Shown: positions 1-12,049 of the stretch, piece by piece | How positions within the stretch are numbered: position 1 is the stretch's first letter | Layout: each line of letters opens with the position of its first letter | Assembly: GCA_951406725.2 (NCBI GenBank) | Contig: OX597814.1 | Location: 145,018,001 to 145,082,000 of the forward strand | DNA: 64,000 bases | Direction of reading: 5' to 3' | Source: Octopus vulgaris | Taxonomy: Eukaryota | Program-made: the position numbers and the translations under genes | The notes under the pieces: model-generated | Databases searched by the model: none | The model's input: the letters and a program-made list of their open reading frames with translations, nothing else | What the model was told of the DNA's origin: nothing

Positions 1-453
1 AATTCCTCCCCCAGGGCCGGACCGTCAATCGAGAGTCCTACTACGACGTTTTGAAGCGTTTGAGTGTGGACATTCGGCGAAAGTGACAGGATCTGTGATG
101 TGCGAATAATTAGATTCTTCACGACGACAACGCACCCTGTCACCGAGCTCCCCTCGCTCGTGAGTTTCTCGCCAAAAAGAAAATGGCATCGTTTCCGCAC
201 CTGTTCGCCAGATTTAGCACCTTCACACTTCCATCTCTTTACCAAGATGAAAATGCAGCTAAAAGGTCACCGATTTAATACCGTTGTCAAAGTCCTCGAC
301 TCGCTTACGGAAATGACCTCTTAGCCGAATTTCAAAAGCGAAAGCTGCATTGCTGTGCAAGGTAGCTATTTTGCAGCAGATTATGTTAAAACTTAGGTAA
401 ATAAGTTATTTTTTAGTAAACATAGTCCGGGAACTTTTTGATACCACATCGTA
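1..453 (+). mobile_element. Mariner-family transposon remnant (3' part of transposase pseudogene plus right TIR)
   Basis: Frame 3 reads FLPQGRTVNRESYYDVLKRL...ILHDDNAPCH with stops, then a shifted frame reads SPDLAPSHFHLF. These are mariner HDNAP and SPDLAPSD motifs. Ends GAACTTTTTGATACCACATCG-TA, a mariner-like TIR. Confidence 0.85.
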
Positions 454-1413
454 ACTAATGTAAAATTTAAAAAACTATAACTATCTATATAAAAACAACC
501 CCATTTATCTTCTATTTCAAGATTGTGAATCTTACCATCTTTAAATCACATCTTATATTTTCTGAAAAGTACCTCTGAATATTCAACAATATGACAGCAG
601 TCAATATAACTCAAATACAATACAATGCAATATTTACTAAGTTTGTGTAGGTGTGCGTCTGGTCTGTTCCAACCTGAAGTAGTTACCGACCTCAAAAACA
701 TCCAGCATCTGAGATTTTGGCAATTTTTATAAATATATTAGTCCTCATAAGAAATCAATAAAATTTGTGAAACGCAACAATAAAAAAAATAAGGCCAGAT
801 TTAGGTTGTGGTGTGTTTATTAAGAATCTTTTAAGAGTATTCTCCCAAAACGTATTGCTGGAGTTGTTTGGTTCTATTGAAAGCAAGTAGTTTGTCATGT
901 TAATCGAACAGAATGCTTTCAAAATCTGTTTTTAATGAAATAATGCAAATTGAACGTGAGATATTCCAGTTACATGCAGCGTGATCTCTGAAAAATGTTA
1001 TGGAAAACAGAGAACGCAGATTTAACTGTGTTTTCCCGGAAGTAGCAGCATAGCAGGGAATAGACTTCTGGTTTAGAGAAGAATTAACGAAGGAAATATA
1101 AACATAACTTTGAATTATTACTGAGTTAATAGGTCGTATGTCAGAAAGTGTCCTTAAGAGACTCAGATGATTTATACCTTTAAAATATCTTTCGTTAAAA
1201 AATTTACTTACCTGACAAACTGCCGGAGCCCTGCTTTCGTAAATACTTTCTGATGTCTTTATGCACAAATACAAAAACGTTTCGAATAAAACGTAACAAT
1301 CACATGGAGAATGGTGTTGTAATGAGATTACGGGTCCTTCTAAGGTATTTGTATTCAGCTCGCTTCTCACACTTTTCCCTGACTTACTTGGTATCGTTCT
1401 TCTAAATCGTATA

Positions 1414-1634
1414 CAGTAATCCCGCATCTATCGCGGGTGTTACGTTCCAAAATCCCGTGATAGGTGAAAATCCGCGAAGAAGAAACAGAACTGTACTGTA
1501 TATTTTTTTTTATTGTTTTTATAATTTGTATATATGTGTTTTATTATAAATTCAAAACAACACCACGCAGGAATCAACGTAAGCTTAAATAATAAACCGC
1601 GATTGGTGAACCGCGATATGGCGAGGGATTACGG
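1414..1634. mobile_element. Small MITE, pogo/Tigger-like
   Basis: Left end TA-CAGTAATCCCGCATCTATCGCGG; reverse complement of right end CCGTAATCCCTCGCCATATCGCGG. No ORF. Confidence 0.6.
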
Positions 1635-1789
1635 CACTGCGCACCTGCCGGAATGCAACACACAAGTAAAAGTAAAAACTGAAAGTGTTTTGGGCATTCT
1701 TTGAACTTGTTGTTGAGTATTGGTCTTGAAAATCTTTTGGAAAAGCATGAGAGAGATTTTAGCTAATGCCTATTTATATAATTTTTAAC

Positions 1790-2075
1790 TGTTGTGTCTG
1801 GGGAAAGTCATTTACATTTTGTGCCTTATAATTTAATACACTCACCGGTAAAATTTCCACTTATTTCTTATTTTTATTTTTCTAAAATTTTCGTTGCGTC
1901 TTGCAACCTTTTCAATAGTCTTGAATTTTAGGAAAATGAAAATAAGAAATAAGTGGACATTTTACCGGTGAGTGTGTTAAATTATAAGGCACGAAAAGAA
2001 AATGATTCTCCCCAGACACAACAAAATATGCTTCAACACACGAGATCTTAAAGAATCTTGCAAACCAAATCCCAA
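1790..2075. mobile_element. Inverted-repeat element (PLE pseudo-LTR-like) with hammerhead-like motif and tail
   Basis: Imperfect ~100 bp arms at 1790-1890 and 1924-2023. Minus strand 1917-1881 reads CTA TTGAAAAG GTTGC-AAGAC-GCAAC GAAA ATTT TAG. The tail TTCAACACACGA..AATCTTGCA is shared with the 7.2 kb element. Confidence 0.6.
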
Positions 2076-2390
2076 AACGGAATAACTTTTAACCATTTGC
2101 TGGAAACTCATCGAGACCTGTGGCTGAGTTTAAGTTCAATTAATTTATGAATGGTATTGAACTTTCATCATTCATAGCGACACATTCTCTCTCTCTCTCT
2201 CTATGTGCGCGCGTGTGTGTATATAACACACACACACACACAACACACACACACTCACATACTTTACACACATATAATTTAAAACAATTTGATTCAGCTC
2301 TATGCAAGTTTAAGTTTCGTGAGCTTCTAGCAGGTGCCTGTCTCTTTCAGGCTTAGATTACTGAATGAAGATGCATGGAGAGGTATACAC

Positions 2391-2480
2391 GTATGTATGT
2401 ATGTATGTATGTATGTATGTATGTATGTATGTATGTATGTATGTATGTATGTATGTATGTATGTATGCATGTATGTATGT
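2391..2480. repeat. (GTAT)n microsatellite
   Basis: Directly visible. Confidence 0.95.
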
Positions 2481-2504
2481 AGATATGTCTGCATGTATAT
2501 ATGT

Positions 2505-3890
2505 ATGCCATTATTCAGTTTCATTTCAAGAATTCTTGCCAATAGAGAAAGAGCCAGTTTTTAACCTAGATCAAAGGCTCTTCATTCGAATTTCAATATC
2601 AACAACAGGGCATTTTTGTATGCATATATGTATCTGTATGTGCAGATTTCTATGTTTTATGTATGTCTTATCATGCATATACTTGTGTATCTAGACATAC
2701 TCATATATACTTAAATGATAAACTTCTGGAAAGTTTTGCAGATTTTTACAGTTGCAGTGATAGAATAGATCTGTAGTCTTCGAATCAACTTTCTCCCTTC
2801 TGGTTTCTCCCTTCTGGTTTCTCAAGATTGGTATTTACGCAATGTGTTACATATCCCAGTGCCCCAATAATTACAGGTATAAACCTGAATTTGTAATCTA
2901 GATAGAGCAACTACAAATTTCTCAATAGTTTAGCGTAGGTATTCTCTTTTTCCCTGATTTTCAGCTTTATGTTAACATTCGCTGGGAAGCTAATTTTCAC
3001 GACTGTACATAGTTTCTCTTTTCTATGCCAAACACTTATATCAGGCCTGTTGTGCTTAGATTTTATTGAGCTTTTCACTAGGGCATTCCACCATTATTCA
3101 TTTTTAGTATGAGTAGATATGGCTTCAACCATACTGTGGGTTCTTATTTCTTGGTCCTCGGGGTTATGCTTCCGGTAGATTTTATTCTGTAGTTTTCTAG
3201 CTACAACATCATATTTCATTAGTAGATAAAACCGTGGTGACATTTTCAGACAACTGCTTATGATGTGGATGATATCTTCGGCGTTAACTCCATAAAATCT
3301 ACATCGGTTGTCACATTTTAAAGCTTTTCCTGCATCTCTATCCCTTTTATGAATCAGGTATTTGGTTGATATTTCCTGTTCCTGGATTGCAAACGCATAC
3401 CCTTCAAAGTGCAACTTCTTTGGGCATGCATTCCAGGTTATCAGACAAGGAATGTTGCCCAAGGAACTGCCTTCCAAGTATTATGATGTTACCACCCTCA
3501 TGTACGCAAACTTGGTCAACGGATGCACTTCGACACTTAGTGATTAAAAGATGTTGCTGAAGGGCAATGATACGACGTTCAAAAAATGTTCTGTATCGAT
3601 GTTAAACCTCTGCCGCCTAGTCTTCGTTTTAGGTAGTGTAGGTCTACGTCACTGTTTATGTGGAAATTATGTGTGCTAGTAAGTATTTTTCAGATTTTCA
3701 CATCAATGGCTCGGATCTTATCAAGTGTCCAATCAAGCAACCCAAATGTTGGTATGAGTACTGGCACTGCGAGCACATTGTGGGCCACTGTCTTACTGAA
3801 TGCAGAGAGTTCTGATGTCCAAATTTTCTTTATTCGGCTGTAATGTTCTTTAGTGAAACGTGTTTTGTTATAGGTACCATTGTAAGATAT
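2505..3890 (-). mobile_element. R4/Dong-like non-LTR retrotransposon, 5'-truncated and degenerate (RT C-terminus, zinc knuckle, restriction-like endonuclease, 3' UTR)
   Basis: Minus-strand fragments read YSRIKKIWTSELSAFSKTVAHNVLAVPVLIPTFG, KRRLGGRG, AIQEQEISTKY...CRFYGVNAEDIIHIISSC, HNRPDI and IPVIIGALG. Stops and frameshifts are present. Confidence 0.85.
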
Positions 3891-3936
3891 ATTACACACA
3901 CACACAAACACAAACACACATTTATGTATGTATATA

Positions 3937-4341
3937 TTCTTTTACTTGTTTCAGTCGTGTTTGACTGCGGCCATGCTGGAGCCCCGCCTTGACGGGTTTT
4001 CGTCGGAAAAATCGACCCCAGGATTTATTTTTTAAGCTTAGTACTTATTCTATCAGTCACTTTTGCTGAACCGCTATGTTACGGTGACACAAACACGACA
4101 ACACCGGTTGTCAAACGGTGATGGTAGGACAAACACAGACATAAAGAGACACGCACACATTGATATACACACATATGTGACGGGCTTCTTTCAGTTTCCG
4201 TCTACCAAATCCACTCGCTTGGCTCTAGTCAGTCCAAGGCTATAGTACAAGACACTAGCCTAATATGCTACGTAGTGCGACTGAACCCAGAACCATGTGG
4301 TTGGGAAGCAAGCTTCTTGCCACACAATTACGCCTGCGCCT
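3937..4341 (-). mobile_element. tRNA-derived SINE family A (LINE-like 3' tail)
   Basis: Homologous to the copies at 25366-25780, 37712-38210 and 50943-51310. Head GGCGCAGG..TGTGTGG..GGTTCAGTC; tail CAGCATGGCCGCAGTC..GACTGAAACAAGTAAAAGA. Confidence 0.85.
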
Positions 4342-4384
4342 ATGTATATTCATATATTATATACATATTCTTTTCTTATTCTAC

Positions 4385-4545
4385 TCTTTTACACATTTCA
4401 GTCATTTGACTACGGCCATGCTAGAGCACCGCATTTAGTCGAAGAACTTATTCAACGAGTCTCTCTTACCGAACCGCTAAGTTACGGGGACCTAAACACA
4501 CTAACATCGGTTGTCAAGCGATAGAAGGGTGACAAACTCAGACAC
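4385..4545 (-). mobile_element. SINE family A, 3' partial copy
   Basis: TTTCAGTCATTTGACTACGGCCATGCT...CCGAACCGCTAAGTTACGGGGAC matches family A. Confidence 0.75.
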
Positions 4546-4567
4546 ACACACACACATATGTGTGTGT

Positions 4568-4600
<33 letters not shown>

Positions 4601-5460
4601 CATACACACACATATATATATATATATATATGTGTATATACACATATACATACATACATATATATATGCACACACGCACAACCATACCCTAGACACACAC
4701 ACACGTATGTGTGTATATATTTACAGAACAAGAGAGAGAGACGGAGAGAGAGGGGAATGGAGAGGGAGACAGAGAGGTAGAGCGAAAGTTTAGGAACAGT
4801 GTCACTAGAACACATATATTTTCTGTAATCACACATTCTCAGACTTTCATGTTGAGATAAAAAAATTTAACAATATAACTAATTTAATATAAATATTGAA
4901 TTTATATTAAATCTAAACATTTATCTTTCGCTTCACGAATGTGAATGTAACAAACTTTAAATCCTAACTTACATTCTTTGAAAAGTACTTCCTAGAATTC
5001 AACAAAAATGGCTACAATCGATGTAATTCAATGAAAATACAATGAAAAATATGGATGTGCTTTGAGTGAGTTTGTGTAGATGTCTGTGTATATTTGTACG
5101 TGTTGGAGACTATTTGTACGTCTGTTTGTTTGTTTGCGCGCGCGTCTCTGTGTGTGTGTGTGTGTTTGTGTGTATGGAACACTATGAGAGCAGTGGTGCT
5201 TGAGATAAGCGAATACTTGTTCAAGCAACTTAAAACAAAGAATGGCATTATCTGCTATTCGGTTTTGGAAACACTGAAGGAAACAATAAAGAAAACAAAA
5301 CTATAATGTTGAAAGTAACAGCAGGACATGAGGCAAACATTTATGTTCTGGAAATTCATTACAAACAAATATCAATTTTAATTCACTATTTTCCTTCAAT
5401 TGTCGATTGTGTTTATTTAGTGCTATTGTCTTCTGCAGATAAATATTTCCTCCTTCTTCT

Positions 5461-5488
5461 TTATTATTATTATTATTATTATTATTAA

Positions 5489-5542
<54 letters not shown>

Positions 5543-5549
5543 CATTATT
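5461..5549. repeat. (TAT)n microsatellite
   Basis: Directly visible. Confidence 0.95.
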
Positions 5550-6147
5550 GTATACTTTCTTTATTGATGTTGAAACTAAGTTTGCTTGCTCGTGTTATCT
5601 TTAAGATAAAAGGAGAAAATATATACGTCTGTTAATCAAATAATGCTATAAACTGCTTCCTGTACTCTGTAATGAAAATGTATCACTCATTGGATCGGAG
5701 AAAGAAATATTGTATTAGATAGCAATATTTATAATTACTTTGGCATGTTTATGTTAATCCTTCGCTTTGTATACATTCACTTCGTATACATTGTCAAGTA
5801 AAGTAGGAAACGTTTAATCAGAAATATATACATTAGGGTAAACGGCCTAGTCTGTCGAATAAGTATGTATTTATTAATCTTGTTTTATCTTTTAAACCCA
5901 AATTACACACAAAAATGTAAAGTAAAACGATGTAGTTTGTCTACCTAACCATACGTATTAAATGTATTATACCTATCTTTATTTCGTCTAAATTTTTTAT
6001 CGTCTCAGTTTATTAAAATGTCTCTGAGCAACGGCTGAACAAATATTTAGGAACATACAGAACACTGAACAGTGAATACAAGAATAATTTCTCACGGAAG
6101 GAGAAAAGATTAGATATTGTTGTTGCTTAGTCACTCGTTATCCATGA

Positions 6148-6183
6148 ATAATAATAATGATAGTAATAATAATAATAATGATC

Positions 6184-6280
<97 letters not shown>

Positions 6281-6490
6281 TAACCCATTCTACTAAAGGC
6301 ACAAGGCTTGATATCTTGGAGGTGGGTGCAAGTCGATTACATTGACCCCAGTGCTCAGCTTGTATATATTTTATCGACCCCGAAAGGGCAAAAGGCAAAG
6401 ACGACCTCGGTGGAATTTGAACTCAGAACTTAAAGACGGACGAAATGCCACTAAGCATTTTGACCATCGCGCCAACGATTCTGCGTGCAA
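6148..6490 (-). mobile_element. SINE family B (Meta/MESC-like core) next to an (AAT)n tract
   Basis: ATCGACCCCGAAAGGGCAAAAGGCAAAGACGACCTCGGTGGAATTTGAACTCAGAAC matches the copies at 10.3-10.9 kb and 18.0 kb. (AAT)n occupies 6148-6280. Confidence 0.75.
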
Positions 6491-6759
6491 ATATTGATAC
6501 GCTGCAATACCATATGCCGAATACGAAGCATCTATTTTTTTTTAAATTTTACAATTGTAAAATAAGTTGAATATATTCCAAATTCGGTAAATGCGACCGA
6601 ATCACACCGCATCCCACACATTTGAGTATGTGTGATTATGCGTGTGTGTGTGCGTATATGTGTGAGTGAGTAAGTGAGTGAGTGTGTGAGTAAGTGAGTG
6701 AGTGAGTAAGTGAGTGAGTGAGCTGTATGAAAGTGTGTATGCGTGTGTGAGTGCTTATT

Positions 6760-6940
6760 TTGTGTTTATCCCCGCACTGTTTGACGACCGGTGTTGGTTT
6801 GGTTACGCTCCCCTCACATTTCCGCAAACATCCGATACTAAATTTAAAAAAAAGCATAAGTACTGTGGACGATTGCTCAACTAAACCATTCAAAACTGTA
6901 TCCCAGCATGGCCGCAGTCTAATAACTGAAATAAGCGACT
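6760..6940 (+). mobile_element. SINE family A, degenerate 3' half
   Basis: TTGACGACCGGTGTTGGT...CCCAGCATGGCCGCAGTCTAATAACTGAAATAAG. Confidence 0.6.
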
Positions 6941-7171
6941 AAATACAACATTATATATACATAAATGCTTATATGAAATGAAATTCATATTATCCTGGTC
7001 TCTAAAGACGTTCAGCTATGGAGACCTGCTTGAACTTCTGATTAAGAACACTTATGGCATCCTTGAATAAGTTTGCTTTTTTTCTATCAGTGTTCTTTGA
7101 CGAATAAGACAGACTCTTTTGGGTTGTATGTCGATGCCTCCCTCACTGATTTAGAATTATTACGTGTATAC

Positions 7172-7205
<34 letters not shown>

Positions 7206-7213
<8 letters not shown>

Positions 7214-7704
7214 ATATTTCGGAATGGTCATATTGCCAGTTTAGCCAATAAAAACACACGCACTATATATTTGGTGTTATTTTGCTTCAGTGATATTTAT
7301 TTTTTACATTAATCTTAATCTTATTTCGGCCAAAGTTCTTTCGTCACACTCCTGTGACCGCATCAGTGGTCCTTTGTTTTCTTCTCACTTACTTGTGTCT
7401 CTCCTTACTAACCGTCAGCCATTTTGTATACAAAATGGCTGACGGTTAGTAAGGAGAGACACAAGTAAGTGAGAAGAAAACAAAGGACCACTGATGCGGT
7501 CACAGGAGTGTGACGAAAGAACTTTGGCCGAAATAAGATTAAGATTAATGTAAAAAATAAATATCACTGAAGCAAAATAACACCAAATATATAGTGCGTG
7601 TGTTTTTATTGGCTAAACTGGCAATATGACCATTCCGAAATATAACAATATCTGTTTCAACACACGACTTCACATAAAAAATCTTGCACAACAAATATTT
7701 AAAC

Positions 7705-7708
<4 letters not shown>
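7206..7708. mobile_element. 446 bp spacer-less palindrome plus ~55 bp tail inside (TA)n; PLE pseudo-LTR-like
   Basis: 7206-7428 is the reverse complement of 7429-7651 (centre GTA|TAC). Unique tail at 7652-7708. (TA)n on both sides. Confidence 0.8.
7485..7529 (+). ncRNA. Minimal type I hammerhead-ribozyme-like motif with variant core (mirror copy on minus strand, 7328-7372)
   Basis: GGACCA CTGATGCG GTCACA-GGAG-TGTGAC GAAA GAAC TT TGGCC. Stem I is CCA/TGG and stem II is 6 bp. The core is CUGAUGCG rather than CUGANGA. Confidence 0.55.
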
Positions 7709-7751
<43 letters not shown>

Positions 7752-7824
7752 TTATATATATATATATATGTATATTTATATATATATATATACACACATA
7801 CATTATATATATATACATTATATA

Positions 7825-7856
<32 letters not shown>

Positions 7857-7909
7857 CACGTAGATACATATATATAGACATAGACGTAGATACATATATA
7901 CTTATATAC

Positions 7910-7963
<54 letters not shown>

Positions 7964-9449
7964 AGAGTTTACGAGAAGACAGGTGGTGTACAAAACAAAC
8001 AGATGCATTAGTATAACGCTCAAGAATAGAAAAAGTCTTTTACGTTTATATATATATATATAAGGCTGTCGAGGCGTTCGGCTGACTGTGTGTGTACTAT
8101 AACTCTATTACGGCTGATCTAGGGCTATATAAGAACAACAACGTACATATATCTGTGTATGTGTGTGTCTATATCTCATATTAATATATATGAGGTGTTT
8201 TTGTGTGAGTGGGCATCTACTTTACATTAATATATATATTTACCAACACGGACTATATGTATGTATACATATATATATATATATACACTATATTACAGAG
8301 AAAGCTGACCTCTCATAGTAAACGCATGAAGTTCAAAGTTAACTATTTAGATCTGTTAAATGATTGTGTAGTAGAATTTTATGTAAAATTGAAGGGTAAA
8401 AAGAAATATTCAATCGAATTTCAATACTTATTTTTGAATTTACTATTGGTAGACCTTCATATATCTTTACAATAATAACAACCTTACAGATGAAATCCCA
8501 GCATTTTTTGAGTTATACTAACCAGACAGCCTTAGCTTGACGTATTAGAAATCAGGAAATTGCATAATTAGTATGTTAAAACTAACGATTGAAAGGAATA
8601 GAAAAGATAGATATTAAACTCTCGGCCTAAGTACTGTTTGAAACTATGAAATTAGTTTCCAAATTGCAATAATGCAGAGCAGAGTGGCATTTATATAACG
8701 TTGTTTTCTCGTAGTTTAATGAACTTTGCAACAACAAACCGAAGTACAGAGAATTTTCTAAAAGCTAGTGATTTTACCATCGAAAATAACATCTCATCAA
8801 GAAATGAAAGCTACATCGAACATCATTAGTACAGACTTGAAAAGAATTTTTTTTAAACGATTTTTGCTACTACTTACCATTTCTGTGATGTCGAACAAAT
8901 TGCTGTCTCTAAACCCATTTAGAGCTGACTTATTTCCTAATATTGGGTACGACATCAACAAGCAACTTGTATCACTCAGCTTTCAAATAAAAGTGTTCCC
9001 CCGTGTTATTTGTTTAGAACAATATGATTTAGACATAAATGAGTAAGCGGAGAAGAAAATAAAACATTTGCTGAATAAAAAAACAGCAAAAAACAAACGA
9101 ACAAAAAACACGAGAAAACAACAGCAAAAAAATTTGGATTACACCGGCCTGTAGTTCTCATCTTTTATTTTCAGAATTATACTTCAACAAACCTATCTTA
9201 TACAGGAAAAAAACTAACAAAAACAAAAAATAACAAAAAGCGCAATCGTATTGGTTTTTCTGTTCACATAATGAACAATTACGAGCGCCATTTTATCACA
9301 AATATAAAAAGCTTATCAGTTGTAAGATCACATTTAGCCATTGACATTGCGCAACGCTACGCTAGTGACAGAATAGAAACCATCGACATTTAGTTTCCCC
9401 TCTCCAAGAACAAAAGAAACAAACTATTATTTTCTTCAAATAACGCAGT

Positions 9450-9504
<55 letters not shown>

Positions 9505-9540
9505 CACGTTCTTGTCCCATTTGTGTATTTTTTAAACTTT

Positions 9541-9582
<42 letters not shown>

Positions 9583-9759
9583 TCTGTATATGTTTATATG
9601 TATGTAACACATACGCACCCATACATATGCACACTTAATGCATACAAAATACATATATAATTCCTTTATCCATCCAGCTGAGACGACTTGACTGGCGTCG
9701 CGGTGGGCGTCTTCAAAACGATTCTGCCAGCGTCTGTTGCTGCTTACTTGATTTTAAAA

Positions 9760-10290
9760 AATGCTATCCAAGAAGTTCTACCGTACCCACCGCATTCTGA
9801 TATAGCACGTTCAGATTAGCACCTTTTTCGGTCGCTCTCTAATTGTAAAGTCAATACCACCATGACCGATATCCAAAGTACAGTGGAGAAGGTTAGCCAC
9901 TGGATTTGGTTAAAAAGAGACGATGAGCAATGGCTAAAGAAATGTTGAGCTTTATTTAATAACCATTTGATCTAGCAAGCTGGGCCTCATATCAGTGAGG
10001 GGAGCCGGTGCACATTGATGCCGTCGAGAGGTAGGACCCGAAACGGCGCGAATTCTCTCCTGATGACACCATACTCTTGCTGGCTTCCGGTATGCGGAGT
10101 TCTTGACTGGTAGCACTTGCATGTACAAGTTGTTTGCAAGACATCAAGGCATTTCGTTCAACAACGGCGTAGAAACGAGAATGTAGATCGATCAAATCTT
10201 CAACTCGGGGCTGTGATTTTCCGCAGTCAAGGTCTCACCAAGCATAAGGAACGTTGGCGAGAAGTCTTGAACGATGAAGGAGAGTATAGC
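9760..10290 (+). mobile_element. Scattered mariner transposase remnants
   Basis: 9760-9845 reads QEVLPYPPHSDIARSD*HLFRSLSN (compare EVLPHPPYSPDIAPSDYHLF). 10245-10287 reads ERWREVLNDEGEY, a mariner C-terminus. Confidence 0.6.
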
Positions 10291-10867
10291 CATTTCTTTA
10301 CTACCTACAAGCGGCTAAACAGAGGGAGGACAAACAAGGACAGACAAACGGATTAAGTCGATTATATCGACCCCAGTGCGCAACTGGTACTTATTTAATC
10401 GACCCCGAAAGGATGGAAGGCAAAGTCAACCTCGGCGGAATTTGAACTCAGAACGTAGCGACAGACGAAATACCTATTTCTTTACTACCCACAAGCGGCT
10501 AAACACAGAGAGGACAAACAAAGACAGACAAACGGATTAAGTCGATTACATCGACCCCAGTGCGTAACTGATGCTTATTTAATCGACCCCGAAAGGATGA
10601 AAGGTAAAGTCGACCTCGGTGGAATTTGAACTCAGAACGTAGCGACAGACGAAATACCTATTTCTTTACTACCCACAAGGGGCTAAACACAGAGAGGACA
10701 AACAAAGACAGACAAACGGATTAAGTCGATTATATCGACCCCAGTGCGCAACTGGTACTTATTTAATCGACCCCGAAAGGATGAAAGGCAAATTCGACCT
10801 CGATGGAATTTGAACTCAGAACATAGCGGCAGACGAAATACCGCTCAGCATTTCGCCCAGCGTGCTG
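10290..10867 (-). mobile_element. SINE family B as a head-to-tail trimer (184 bp period)
   Basis: ATTTCTTTACTACC recurs at 10292, 10476 and 10660. Minus strand has B-box-like GAGTTCAAATTCC and GCCTTTCATCCTTTCGGGGTCGAT, which resembles the Meta/MESC SINE core. Confidence 0.85.
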
Positions 10868-11140
10868 ATTTCTTTATTTGAGCATTCAGGCTCTACATAG
10901 AGGAGACGATACACGATAGACAAAACAGCACAGTGGGGATATAAAACATAGAACGAATGAATGATTGATGAATTATAATAATGAAAATGAGATGGCTTTC
11001 CTTCTCCCGAATCACAGCCAGTGTCATTTAAATGCATTTGGTTAACGTTTGTAAATCAGTTCTTTTTTTCTTTTCTTTTTGCATAATTTTTTTAAACGTC
11101 ACTAACAATTTTAAAAATTTAACTTTTTTCTTCTTTTTTA

Positions 11141-11860
11141 TCACACTAGGTACGGCATCAAATCTTGGAAGTCCACCACTGGTGGCAATTCGTCGAATTG
11201 AACTCTTAATACCGCCATCTCTATCTTGTTTCCAAATAGTTCTCTTAGTTTTTCACCTCTCGCGCTATAAAGTAACATTGCTTTGATGTTTTCTGAGTAT
11301 TCATTCAATGTTAGTCTCACCCTAATTGCTGTTTCTATTTTTGTAATTTTCTTTTCTATTTGCACACTTTTAGTATATTTTATCATGTTCCATACATGTT
11401 TTGGTTCTTTTTCCTGTATTCCTTCTTGCTTTTCCATATTGCTTTCCTTCGATGTTGTTGGTATTGGTACTTCTTTTTTATCTGTTGGTTTTTGCAATTC
11501 CATTTGCTTTTCCATTTGGACCTCTTTCGTTGCTACTGGCATCTCCCGACGTGTTTCCCTCTCACTTGGTTGTTTGTGCAGTTCCACCTGCTCCTCCATC
11601 CTGACCTCCCTCGATGCTGCTGGTATCTCCTGTCTTACTTTTCTTTTTCTGCAGTTTTACCACTCAATCCTGCTGGTTCCCCTCGATGTTGCTAGACTCT
11701 CTTTTCTTTCTTCTGTACTCTCTTTTCTTTTCTTTAGCGGACTCTTGGGTGGTGAGTCCGCATTTCCTTCTCTCTTCTTCTTTCTCTTTACCACCATAAA
11801 CTGTTCCTCTACATTTTCTGCGGCACTTTGGATAAGTGTTCACAAGCTCGTATATACTCG
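11141..11860 (-). pseudogene. Degenerate Lys/Glu-rich ORF with internal peptide repeats, possibly a retroelement ORF1 remnant
   Basis: 152 aa ORF plus an upstream broken frame. Repeated motifs REVRMEEQVELHK / KEVQMEKQMELQK / KESNMEKQ. No recognisable domain. Confidence 0.35.
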
Positions 11861-12049
11861 AGTCGTCTAAAGTCTGTGAATGAAATTTGAAACAAAGAAA
11901 CTGTGCTGAAGGTCTTGGTTATATTTTACACATAAACTTGAGTGACATGCGTTTTATTCGATACTATCCAGTTACTAGAGTTGATATAATCGAAATATTC
12001 TCTTCTCCTTCACTTGCTGGTTTTTTTGCCAACATTTTAAACCATTAGG

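Noticed and set aside
900-1427. 175 aa minus ORF and a strong splice-donor-like CAG|GTAAGT near 1212
   Set aside because: No recognisable motif, the start codon lies inside a MITE, and I cannot identify partner exons.
9280-9365. YY1-like CGCCATTTT and palindrome TTGCGCAA; also TCACGTGACGT near 38772
   Set aside because: Short motifs expected by chance, with no linked gene.
10035-10075. GAAAC and CTGATGA close together
   Set aside because: The flanks cannot form stem I or stem II.
11283-11870. 195 aa hydrophobic plus-strand ORF
   Set aside because: Antisense shadow of the purine-rich minus ORF, not a membrane protein.
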